Position numbers and translations under genes: made by a program
In this document: piece after piece, positions 25,470 to 36,663 of the stretch
How positions within the stretch are numbered: the first letter of the stretch is position 1
Layout of the letters: each line of letters begins with the position of its first letter
Notes under the pieces: generated by a model
Databases searched by the model: none
Seen by the model: the letters and a program-made list of their open reading frames with translations, nothing else
What the model was told of the DNA's origin: nothing
Origin: Lingula anatina
Taxonomy: Eukaryota > Animalia > Brachiopoda
Assembly (NCBI GenBank): GCA_051362555.1
Contig: CM120646.1
Span: forward strand, 4,650,001 to 4,714,000
Direction: 5' to 3'
Length of the DNA: 64,000 bases

Positions 25470-25950
25470 GGGTAAACCAATGTTTTTTATAAAGTGCCTT
25501 CGACAGTCTATATTTATCTTCTCAAAATAGTGCGATAGATATATGTGGATAATGTCTAACATCGGCAGATGGCGTATTCTCATTGGCAAGATCATGAACT
25601 AGTGCATTTGTATTTTTGCTGAGTAAATTGATATTTAATATATATAGCAAAACTGTCAATGTTTTTTCACTCCACATTAATGTAGAGTTCAAATGAACAG
25701 CTTACAACTTTATACTTGTGGCCAGCGGAGTAACGTGGCATTCATTCCCCATGAAAATTCTCGCTGTTAACAATAAAGATTTGGGTGATAAATCTGGCAT
25801 AGACATTTTAATTTTATTGGAATATCCAATAAAAATTTATCTGTGGTCCTGGCTGACGGAGTCCTTCCTTACAAGTATAGACTTTATTGTTTAACTGCCA
25901 CCGATTTTTAAACCCTCTTTTCGCCACCATCAAGAGACAGAAGCATAAAT
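25470..25950 (-). mobile_element. Very old LINE endonuclease (APE)-like relic upstream of copy 2; paralogous relic at ~31910-32380
   Basis: Stop- and frameshift-ridden translation (..QPGPQINF.GYS..HVTPLATSIKL*AVHLNSTL..KTLTV..YI..ALVHDL..) loosely resembles I/Jockey-group APE domains. The region is duplicated with the gene unit. Confidence 0.35.
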
Positions 25951-26258
25951 GATTCGGGCACGTCACTCGAAGTGACAGCCTATGCTAAGTACTAGTGCCG
26001 TCGAAGGAGGACGAAGACGCGGACGGAAAAAAAAAACTAGTCTGACAACGTGAAATAGTGGGCAGCAGTGACTATGCCACAGCTCTTGAAGCAGGCCACC
26101 GACAGACCAGACGACATAACAGATAAAGGAATGACTGATTGGAATATAATTTTAAAAGGCGTTTTAAAGTTTTTATACCTTCTGTAGTCTGCGATCACCT
26201 AGCTCTTTTGTCTTGCTCGCATTCAAGATTAGTTAAAATTTACCCCTAGTTCCGATAT

Positions 26259-28168
26259 GTTCTGTGTTCCTGGAGTTTTTTAATAACAAAATAGAAAAAC
26301 TTCGAAAATCCTTTGAAAGCGGAATTAACAACTCCATTATACAAGAAGTTGATCCTCCTACATCTCCGAGTTTTTTCAGAGATTTTACCATCGCTACTCC
26401 CGAACTAATAAAAAAGCTGATAAACGCCTCTAAGCCAAAATCATCAGAATTGGACATCCTTCCAACTAACCTCACAAAGGAATGCATAGAAGAATTACTA
26501 CCTTCCATTACAAAGCTTTTCAACACATCTCTTCAAAGCGGCATAGTCCCTGGGTGTTTCAAGAAAGCTTTAATCAGACCACTCATAAAAAAGGCCACAG
26601 GCAATCCAGACCCTAATGACCTGCAGAACTACCGTCCCATCTCAAACCTCTCATTTCTTTCAAAAGTACTGGAGCGCCTAGTAGCGACACAGCTAACTGA
26701 CTATCTGCATACTCATCCATTTTTTGCAAAGGTTCAATCGGCATATAGAACACATCATAGCACTGAAACAGCGCTGCTCAAGGTGCACAATGATATTCTT
26801 CTGGCACTCAATGATCAGAAACAAGTGGTCTTATTATTACTTGATTTGTCTGCAGCCTTTGACACAATAAACCACGAAATTTTGTTCAACAGACTAAAAA
26901 ATCGTTTCGGTATAGATGGTATTGCATTGGCATGGTTCAAATCATACCTGACTGAGCGTGAACAATCAGTCTCAATAGGCACTCACAAATCACCGTCAAT
27001 ACCACTAACTTGTGGTGTACCACAAGGTTCTGTACTCGGCCCCATCCTGTTCACTCTCTACACGTCACCAATTGAGGACATTGTCTCTGAGTACGGTTTT
27101 AACCTTATGCTCTATGCAGACGACTCACAAATTTATATTGTTTGCGACAGGCCATCAGATGTAATACCATCTATCCAGAAATGTATTATTCAGTTGAGCC
27201 AATGGCTTAATGCCAATTCACTTGTTTTCAATGATGGCAAAACAGAAGTAGTTCACTTTACTTCTCGTTTTTCTAAGGATGCGGAAAAACTAGAACTATT
27301 AGAAATTGGAAACAGTACAGTCACGGTAAAAGATGAGGTTAAGAACCTTGGAGTAATTTTTGATAATAGGTGCGATATGGCTGCCGACATCAGCAAAAAA
27401 TGCAAAGCCGCTTTCTATGGTCTTAAAAAAATTTCCAAACTATCCCACATCCTTGATAAAAGTCAAATGGAGAGGCTTGTCCATGCCTTTATAACTTCAC
27501 ATCTTGACTACGGAAACAGTCTACTGTATGGTCTTCCTACCTATCAAATTGAAAAATTGCAATCTGTCCAAAATGCTGCAGCACGACTACTGACCAAAAT
27601 CCCTCTCAGATCAAACATTTCACCCATTTTATTCGAACTACATTGGCTTCCTGTACGACAGAGAATTGTTTTTAAATTACTGTTGTTTGTTTTTAAATTC
27701 ACTAGAGGTGAATGCCCCTCATATTTTAACTCGATGCTACATCCAAGTACACCCAGTCTCACCAGGTCTACCAGATCCACCTCCACTCCTTGTTTTATCA
27801 GAAATGATAATAAAAAAACAACCAAAACCTACGGCCACAGGGCATTTTCAATTTCAGCACCAATTTTATGGAATCAATTACCCTCACACATTCGGACTAT
27901 TGACAGTGTTGAGGTTTTTAAAAAAGATTTAAAAACATTCTTATTTGCACAGTATTTTAATTAATATTTTCTCATTTTATCAAAAAAAAAGTTTTATTGT
28001 TCAGACCATTACTATTTTAACCAGTTTTAATTTTTTTTTTTTTTTTTTTACCTTAGCTTTTATTATATATATAATAAGTTGTAATCCTAATAGTTTTACC
28101 TGTAAACAGCACTGAGACGCTAGTGTAGTGCGGTTTTAAGAAATAAATATTATTATTATTATTATTAT
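26259..28168 (+). mobile_element. 5'-truncated L2/CR1-group LINE retrotransposon, recent insertion
   Basis: Long RT ORF, 3' UTR ending tgtaaacagcactgag..aaataaa followed by an (ATT)n tail. Empty site in the paralogous unit at 32641-32690 (cccctagttccggtataatatcccggtatttga). Confidence 0.93.
26264..27964 (+). CDS. LINE ORF2 reverse transcriptase (N-terminally truncated, no endonuclease), 566 aa uninterrupted
   Basis: [73 protein letters not shown]. Confidence 0.93.
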   Translation: MFLEFFNNKIEKLRKSFESGINNSIIQEVDPPTSPSFFRDFTIATPELIKKLINASKPKSSELDILPTNLTKECIEELLPSITKLFNTSLQSGIVPGCFKKALIRPLIKKATGNPDPNDLQNYRPISNLSFLSKVLERLVATQLTDYLHTHPFFAKVQSAYRTHHSTETALLKVHNDILLALNDQKQVVLLLLDLSAAFDTINHEILFNRLKNRFGIDGIALAWFKSYLTEREQSVSIGTHKSPSIPLTCGVPQGSVLGPILFTLYTSPIEDIVSEYGFNLMLYADDSQIYIVCDRPSDVIPSIQKCIIQLSQWLNANSLVFNDGKTEVVHFTSRFSKDAEKLELLEIGNSTVTVKDEVKNLGVIFDNRCDMAADISKKCKAAFYGLKKISKLSHILDKSQMERLVHAFITSHLDYGNSLLYGLPTYQIEKLQSVQNAAARLLTKIPLRSNISPILFELHWLPVRQRIVFKLLLFVFKFTRGECPSYFNSMLHPSTPSLTRSTRSTSTPCFIRNDNKKTTKTYGHRAFSISAPILWNQLPSHIRTIDSVEVFKKDLKTFLFAQYFN

Positions 28169-28467
28169 ATAATAAATCCCGGTATTTGACATATTTGAAA
28201 CAAATGTGTGACCTTTATATATGTCATTGAATATGTGCAAATGACATGTACAAAACACGTAAAATGTATTTGCTTAACTTTTGAATTGGTATATAAAAAA
28301 TATTTAACTTATGCACTGATTGTATTATTAATTGTTGTTTATTTACTCAGAATTTTAACATCTAACGCAATTACATTAAATTTGATTCAAGAAAAAAGTC
28401 AGTCCTTCAGTTAGAGAAATCCATGCCAGTCTCACGCAAAGCAATCACATTTCGGCAATGACCGCAT

Positions 28468-28849
28468 TTATTTCACTTGAAAGGTGTATTGCATTCCATC
28501 CAGAGAGTTAAAAGACTTCTCCACCAAGCGTCTGGTCACCGTGTCCCAGCGTCCGGCTATGATGTGACTGTCAACCATTTCGTCAAAACTCTTCCCGCCG
28601 TAGTCACTGTCATGGTTGTACTTAAAAACGTAGTCCATAGTCACGTAACCGCCTTTAAGACAAAAGAATAATACGCTTAACTGCACATGTTGCAATGGGT
28701 GATGGGGTTGAAAGTGTTATCACTTGACTTGAAAAATATGTCCAAGCGAAATGTGGACTCATGTCCTCCCCCACCCACCCATTCCCCGTGAGCCTCGTTT
28801 CAATTACTGACAGCGTAATTACACGATACCCTACCACCGTTAGACTACG

Positions 28850-28915
<66 letters not shown>

Positions 28916-31573
28916 CGTGTAGTACGTTGTATCCTGTATACCAGAGGGGTATTTGTAACATATTCATTTAAAAGTAAAAAAAAATCGTTTTCTTTTATTC
29001 CTCCAAGTCCAAGGTTAGGTTGACAATAAGCTTCCGAAAATGGTATTAAGATGTCAAAGTTTGACTTACTTTTGAACGCTAAAGAAACGAAACAAAATAT
29101 TGCAAGTTATATTTATCGTACCCAGTTTAACAATACGTATCAGTTCTGCCAATCCACCTCCGTCCACGTGTCTACTTCCTATAGCTCCAGACATAATGAC
29201 TGCATCGTATTTGTCTGGGGGAGAAATAAAGTAAAGTAAAAAGTCTGCAAACATTGAGACACTTCATGTCAAATACAAGATAACACTGGAATTCCTCTTT
29301 CAGGAACATTAATGGCAACGCCCCGTAATATCGACAGAAAATGTTAAAACTGTTATCCACTAAGCTGTAAGAGGGGAAACAGTTTTATGAGCTTTTGACG
29401 CACTGTCTATTAGAAATGCAGGGGCGGATTATTTGAAGAGGGGGTCTGCGGATGCGAAGCCGACCCTCCCCCCCCCTCCCATCATGTTGGCGTGGGGTAC
29501 GGGGTATAATTCCTTGGTATTTTAGAGGGCGAAAGGTGCCATTTAATACAGTTAAGAACTATGTTTCATCCAATCAAAAATTCCTATTTCAAGCGGGGAC
29601 CATTTGTGTGATATTTTCCAGAAATCGAAAGGGACCCTCTGCGAGTAGTTAATCCGCCATTGAAATAAAGCCTGTTTGCCTTTTAACTCTATAAGTACGT
29701 ACCGTCGGCGATATCCAATCGTTCGGGCCCAATGAAAGCTTGAATCAGTTTCTTGTAGACGCCCTTCTGTTCTGCCTGCTCCAACATTTCCTTGGAGGCA
29801 TCCAGAGCGTGGAGGTTGTGGAAACCACGCTTTGAGAGCTGAAACATGGAACAATTGAAATAATGAAAAGGGTTGGCCCGTTCACGTGGGGGGGGGGGGG
29901 GGGAGGATTTTTATAAGGATGTGAAGGGGGTGCAAGGATAAAAGGATTAACGAAGAGGAAGATGGGCAAATGTATGGTAATAATATATTGGAGACAGGAA
30001 TGAAACATTCTTGATCCTCTCTTTTTAGTTTTTAAGTTTATACCCTAAAAAAGCTGAAGAAGAAGAATTTGCCTTTGAATCTGTCATTGCTGTTTGTTTA
30101 AATACAGTTCGTTTAAACCACACCAATATTCCCCTTTTGAAATTAGAATTTTGAAGAGCTGAATCAGTTCTAAACTGCACCAAATGGTACCGTTTGCCTA
30201 CCAAAACACCGAACCCCACACCAAGAGGCAAGGGTCGGCTTCGCATTCGAGGCCTGTCATACCTAAAATAAAAACTGGTCCCTCTTCAAATAACCCTTGA
30301 TCCGCCCCTGAGAAGTGTCTTTGCCTCTACTACATCGGAACTCTACCAGCTGTTTTGATAACGACTCTGTACCCAATCACCAATCTCGAAATGCAGTGGA
30401 TGGGATGGCAAATGTGTTAGTTGAGAAAAAGGTAAAAGAAAACACATTCATAGGTTGCCTTTTTTCTTTGACGTCATTATACCATGATACCATTCAAATT
30501 CTACTTGCAAATACTACTCGCCTCTTGTCCCGCTAATCCAGTTCCGCAGCAAACGTCCAGGATGAGGGCATCTTTCTTCTTTCCAAGCAGTTTCTCCAGC
30601 TCGGCAGCGTTATTACTGGGACAATAATAAGCGAGTTCTGCTACATCCTGGGAAGAAAAAGATCGTTTCACTAAAAATGACACATCTAACGGCCTGTACT
30701 GAGCAAAAACGTAAACGCGCCATATGAATTATTTATATAACATGTAATAGGCTACGTAAGGGGTCATCCATATTATCGTCATTTCCACATATCTACAAAC
30801 CGTACGCAAGGTGGGCGGGGGGGAGGGGGGGGCAGGTAAATGTCTAGTATTTGTAGACTTGACGATAGAAATGAATGATCCCTAAAGTTTTAAAGGTCAA
30901 CATTTTAGAAAAAAAATTCAGTCTATTTATATAAAATACTGTACATATCTTAATATCAATAAAACATAAGCACTAAGATCAAATACTCTTCTTTTTCTGT
31001 TTTATCATCACCTCACGCGCTTCAGCACACAAGGGGTCAAGCGTTCATCACCAATTCTGCAGCTTCTTAAATTGGTGCGAGTTTGACGCCATTACCATTG
31101 ACACCATCGTAGGTCGATGTGTCACTGGGAATGCCCCCTAATTTAGTGACTGTAGGTAAATTGATATTTTTTAGAATTTTTAGGCTAAAAAGAGTTGTCT
31201 GGTTCTAATAGCGAAGTCCGATGTTTTGTTCGTGTGCTGCGTTTAACCCGTTCAGAGGTTGGGTTTCGTCATATTTTTAATGCTTCTTTATTCTTTAGAT
31301 TGTTTATAGAATTATTCCTTAAAATTTGCTTTCTTTGCGACGTAAGACTTTGTCGTCAATTTTCTAATGTGATGAAAAGTTGTGGGCTTAAATGAAACAC
31401 TACACTACAATATGGTGTATGCATCACACGGATCTGCAAGCTCTCGTCAAGTACCAAACCTTGTCATAATCCTTAGCCCAAGATGCGTAGATCTTCCCGA
31501 CTTCGTCTCTTGTTATGCCACGTTTGTTAAATAGGTCCACAATTGGATGACTTTTTTCCACTTTTTCGGCCAT
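28468..31573 (-). CDS. METTL27: METTL27-like methyltransferase copy 3 (intact, 217 aa)
   Basis: E1 31573-31460, E2 30647-30522 (DVCCGTG, GC donor), E3 29838-29703, E4 29214-29122, E5 28652-28468; in frame. Introns and upstream DNA align with copy 2. Confidence 0.9.
28852..28913. repeat. (TA)n microsatellite
   Basis: About 30 TA units in copy-3 intron 4. Confidence 0.95.
29419..29662 (+). mobile_element. hAT-like MITE (CAGGGGCGGAT..ATCCGCCATTG)
   Basis: Short TIR-like ends; no clean TSD. A related copy lies inverted at ~30110-30310. Confidence 0.6.
30110..30310 (-). mobile_element. Second, inverted copy of the same hAT-like MITE
   Basis: agggtcggcttcgcat..ccctcttcaaataa..gatccgcccctg is the reverse complement of 29419-29470; similarity continues to ~30110. 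Confidence 0.6.
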
Positions 31574-33258
31574 TCTTTTAGTGAACTATTGCCTGCAGTC
31601 GTCTTAGGTACCTAGACGCTACTGTTCAGCTGTCCTTGGGGTCGTCTGCCGCGGAAGACCGCATGGATCATTAAGTAGGATTTTGGCTCGAAAGCGTGAT
31701 TGTAAGGCAAAGAAAAAAAAACCGTTATCATTTCTTCTTGTTTTTAATTATTTTTATTCTTAAGGATCGGGTGTACCATGTTCACAAAACATTTCTGCCA
31801 CTGAAATCACCGGTACTTTGTAATTTGTAATAAGATAGGCATGAAGAATAAAAAATTATTTAGGCTACCGGGTTACAATTGTCGCTCGCAATTATTGATA
31901 AATATCGTAGTGGATAAACCAATGTTTTTTATAAAGTGCCTCCGACAGTCCATATTTACCTTCTCAAAGTAGTGCGATAACTATGTGTGGATAATGTCTG
32001 ACATCGGTACAGGTGGCGTATTCTCACTGGCAAGATTATGAATTAGTGCATTTGTATTTTTGCTAAGTATATTGACATGTAATATATATAACAAAACTGT
32101 CATTCCTTTATCACTCTACGTTAATGTATAGTTCCATTGAACACCTTATAACTTTATATTTGTGGCCAGCTGAGTAATGTGACATTCATTCCACATGAAA
32201 ATTCTCGCTGTAAACAATAAAAAAATGGGTGATAAATTAGGCAGAGGCATATATGTGAACATCCAATAAAAATTTATCTTTGGTCCTGACTCAGGGAACA
32301 ATACCTTATATATTTAGACTTTCTTGCTTAACTGTCACCGAATTTTAATAGCCTCTCCTTGCCACCACCAAGAGACCGAACCTTGTCTGGTTAGGGCAGG
32401 TCACGTCGAAGGAGGACGAAGACGCGGACGACAAAACAAAAGCTAGTCTGACAACGTGAAAGAGTCGACAGCAGTGACTATGCCACAGCTCCTGAAGCAG
32501 GCCATCAACAGACCAGACGATGTAACAGCCAAAGGAATTATTGATTTGAAAGAATTTTAAAAGAAGCTTTTAAATTTTGATTCCTTCTGTAGTCTACGAT
32601 CACCTAGCTCTTTTGTCTTGTTGGCATTCAAGGTCAGGTAAAAATTACCCCTAGTTCCGGTATAATATCCCGGTATTTGATATATTTGAAACAGATTTGT
32701 GGCCGTTATTTTATGTCAATTAATATGTACAAATTTAATAACACGTGTTCTTGAAATAAATTTGTTTTATTTTTAAATTGGTATATAGAAAACTTATCTT
32801 ATGCACTAATTGCATGAAATGGCGTGGAACTGCACAGCTTAAAAAATAACTAGACGGTAGTAAAGACGTCAAGTCACGTGGTTGGTACAGATTTTATTTT
32901 TATTAAGTCTATTTATTTTGAGAGAGTAGCAAATGTCATGAGCAACAGCTCCACCCGGTTCACTGATTTTTTTTTACCAAGCAACTCCAGGTTTATAGTT
33001 GTTAAGGGTAATAGTCGGTTTTTATCAATCTTTTATCCTTGATATGTATCTCCTTTTAACACAGTCTTAAACTTATTCATCTCTCACTATATACTTTTTA
33101 ATGCTTTTATCAATACAACGACACTTTAACAGGTAGTGGACTTCCATGTTATATATTTATTGGCTAAATAATTTTTTTCTAAAAGCCATGGTGGGATTGT
33201 ATTTAGGGTCACACTGTATCAACTGAAATGCGGCACAATCCTATCTTCGCCACTGCAT

Positions 33259-36200
33259 TTACTTCACTTGAAAGCTATACTGTACGCCACCTAGTCTATT
33301 GGACAACAGCTCCACCCGGCGTCTGGTCACCGTGACCCAGCGTCCGGCCATGATGTGGCTGTCAATCATTTCGTCCCAGCTCTTATCGCCGTGTTCACTT
33401 CCATGTGTGTACTTGTCAATGCTTTCCATGACCACGTAGCCGCCTGAAATTAAAGAATGGAGATCGTAATAATTCTTTTCTGTAATTTTTGGGACTTAAT
33501 TTTGCCATATTCCGAGGTGCACGAATAAAGATCGGAATTAGTCTGTCTGACGTTTCCGGAATACCATATTCTAGCGGAATCGGGGATCGTCTTAACATTT
33601 ATTATATTTTCAGTCTGTAGGTCTACTATTCCTGGTACAACCTTATCTTGCTTTAGGATATTTTAGTCCGGTTGCTTAGGGCAAAAAAATGGCCAAATCG
33701 TGACACAGCGGATAAAAGCACCAAATTTTGCATGTGGGTACCTTTTGACATACTAAATCAAATTAGAGCCGTAGCCCACGGAAAAAATTTACCGTTTGGC
33801 CAAAAAATCCAAAATGGCCGCCAATTTGTGAAATTTTGTAGAAATATATACATATCTATGTTGATTTTTATCAAATTAAGTATTTTCTCAATGTTTTCCA
33901 CATCCTTATTACCCATATTATGCATATGTGTCAGATAACAAACTAGTGTCCTTGGACTTATTGAAAAATCCAAGATGGCCGCCGTATGGCATAGGAATAC
34001 TAGAACATGTACAAGGGTTTTCAACTAACTAATGCCAACTAGGAAGATGCATTGCCCACTATCTAATTAATTTTGTTTCTTATTACACAAATAATATATT
34101 TGTGGGGAGTAACTAACCTTTATTCACAGGCAATTCGAGAAAAATCCAAGATGGCCCCCATATCAAAGGAATACTAGTATACACATAGGGCTTCTTCTGC
34201 CATGGAGATATAATATTAATTGATAAATTAGGTTTGTTTCTGAGTATTTTCCACATCTTTTTAATTAACATAATACATATGTGATGAGAATGTTATGTGT
34301 ATCCTTTTTGAAAACAAAACAAAACAAAATGGCTGCCATTAGCCGTAGAAGGTGGGGTTCAGTTAATACCTGTGAGAGATAGGCTTACAAATAAAATGAA
34401 GCTGAATTCAGTTGTTATTCTTTTTTTTTTAGTATTATTATCCCATGACACATATCTGTTAGGTAATTAATGTCCATATTTTATCATTTTGGGGAAATCC
34501 AAGATGGCCTTCTTTTCCTCATAGGAAAACTGGTGCATTAGATTTTATAGGCACTTCTAAGGCAAATGAGGGTAATCATGATATTTTTTCAAAATACTTA
34601 AGGGTATACACTTGTTACCCACCAGATAGATATCTAAAAGTCCAAAAAGAATATGGGAAATACCGAGAAACAAAATTCATTTTATATTGAACCCAATGTT
34701 TCTCTGGCAGTAGTTGACTGTACTATTCCTATTGTGAATTGCAGCAATCTTGAATTTTCTCAAATATGCAAGATGCACACTTGCTACACACCAGATTTAT
34801 AAAGAGTAAGGTTAATAAGGATGTCAACATGTTGAAACATCAAACGGCTTTATTTGAACTGTTCTATTAATTGACACCTATGTGCATTTGAATGATATAT
34901 TCCTATGACAACTGGCAGCTATCTTGGGTTTTCTCCGAATAATACTCAAGGATATATACACTTTCAAAACACACATAGTCTTTCATAGGATATGAAAAAC
35001 ATTTAAAAACGACCCAAAGTTAACTACATTTAAATCGTACTCGGTGTATCTCTAGCATTATTTGATTATGTGTTCGAATATTCTAATGACAAAAGGCAGA
35101 CATTTTGAATTTTTTCAGAATACCCAAAGATACACACATGCTACAGACCAGGTATACATCATAGGGGTAATAATAAATGGAATGAAAACCATAAATTATT
35201 TTTAAAACAAACCCATGGAAATGTAATTGTATAATGAACCATATGCCTCTCTAGCAGCAATTGAAACCCACCCATTAGTATTCCTATGTTAAATTGTAGG
35301 TATCTTTTTCTCAGATCCAAGGATACACAGTATTTACCCACCAGATATATATCATAGGACTAATAAGGATGGGCAAAACTTGATAAGCAAAAACAAATTC
35401 ACCCTGGTAGTAGATGAAAAGCCATGGATGTGCAGTTGTAATTCCAGTAGTATTCCTATGGCCAGTGACGGCCATCTTGGGTTTTCTCAAAATGATCAAA
35501 TATGCACATTTATTACCTGCTAGATATGTATCACAGTGTAATAATAATGTGTAAAACACTAAAAAAATAAACTGAATTTGATAGTGAATTAGCTGGCATT
35601 AGTTCCAACCCTTTGTAATACTAGAAGTATTCCTATTACATATGACGGCCATCTTGGATTTTCTCAAAATGCCCAAGAATACTGTTAGTTACTAACCACA
35701 TACATATTGTTTGGGTAGAAAGGATGTGGAAAACACTCAGAAACCAGCTTAATTTGATAGTGAAAAACTAATCTTTCCAGTTGCCATTAGTTGAATTCCC
35801 CGTATACTAGAATTCCTGTGGCACATGGCAGCCATCTTGGATTTTCCAAAATGCCCAAGAACACTTCGTAGTTACTCACCACAAACATATTATGTGGGTA
35901 ACAAAGATCTGAGAAACAGACTTAATTTGATAGTGGACAACGTATCGTTCTAGCTGGTAATAGTTGTGCTCTAGTATTCCTATGGCTGTTTCTATGGCAA
36001 ATGACAGCCATCTTGGATTTTTTCAAAAAGTCCAAGGGAACTTGTTTGCTATCTGACATATATGAATAAAATGGGTAATAAGGGTGTGGAAAACTCTGAG
36101 AAAATAATTTATTTGATAAAAATCAACATAGGTATGTACATATTTCTAAAGAATTCAATAAATTGGCGGCCATTTTGGATTTTTTGGCCAAACGGTAAAT

Positions 36201-36628
36201 TTTTTCCGTGGGCTACGGCTCTAATTTGATTTAGAATGTCAAAAGGTACCCACATGCAAAATTTGGTGCTTTTATCCGCCGTGTCACGATTTTTTCCTTA
36301 AGCCACCGGACTATTTGTCCCGCGTCAAATGTCATGTCTACCTCGTATTATCGCCTAATATCTTCTTTGCGAATATTTTTCTCGCAGGTTATAAATGAGG
36401 GGAGTGGGCTGAAATATAACTAAGTCACATGACATTTACTTGACCAATGAGCAATCTTGTTTCATAACGGTATATCATATCGACATTATTTCAGGTAGCA
36501 GTCACTTGACTGCAATCCACTTTCTGCGATAACTGGTCAGCACATCCAGCGATAAACGGGGTTTCAGAAGTATTAAAATATATACTGACTACGATAAACC
36601 GCCTTACTCTTGAAATTGAAACAGTAAT

Positions 36629-36663
<35 letters not shown>

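Noticed and set aside
26233-27932. Extra ORFs overlapping the LINE (26233-26526 -, 27544-27825 -, 27666-27932 +)
   Set aside because: Alternative-frame or antisense shadows of the RT ORF.
32943-32958. caacagctccacccgg match to exon 5 of copy 4, suggesting a tenth copy
   Set aside because: Only ~16 bp with no flanking homology.
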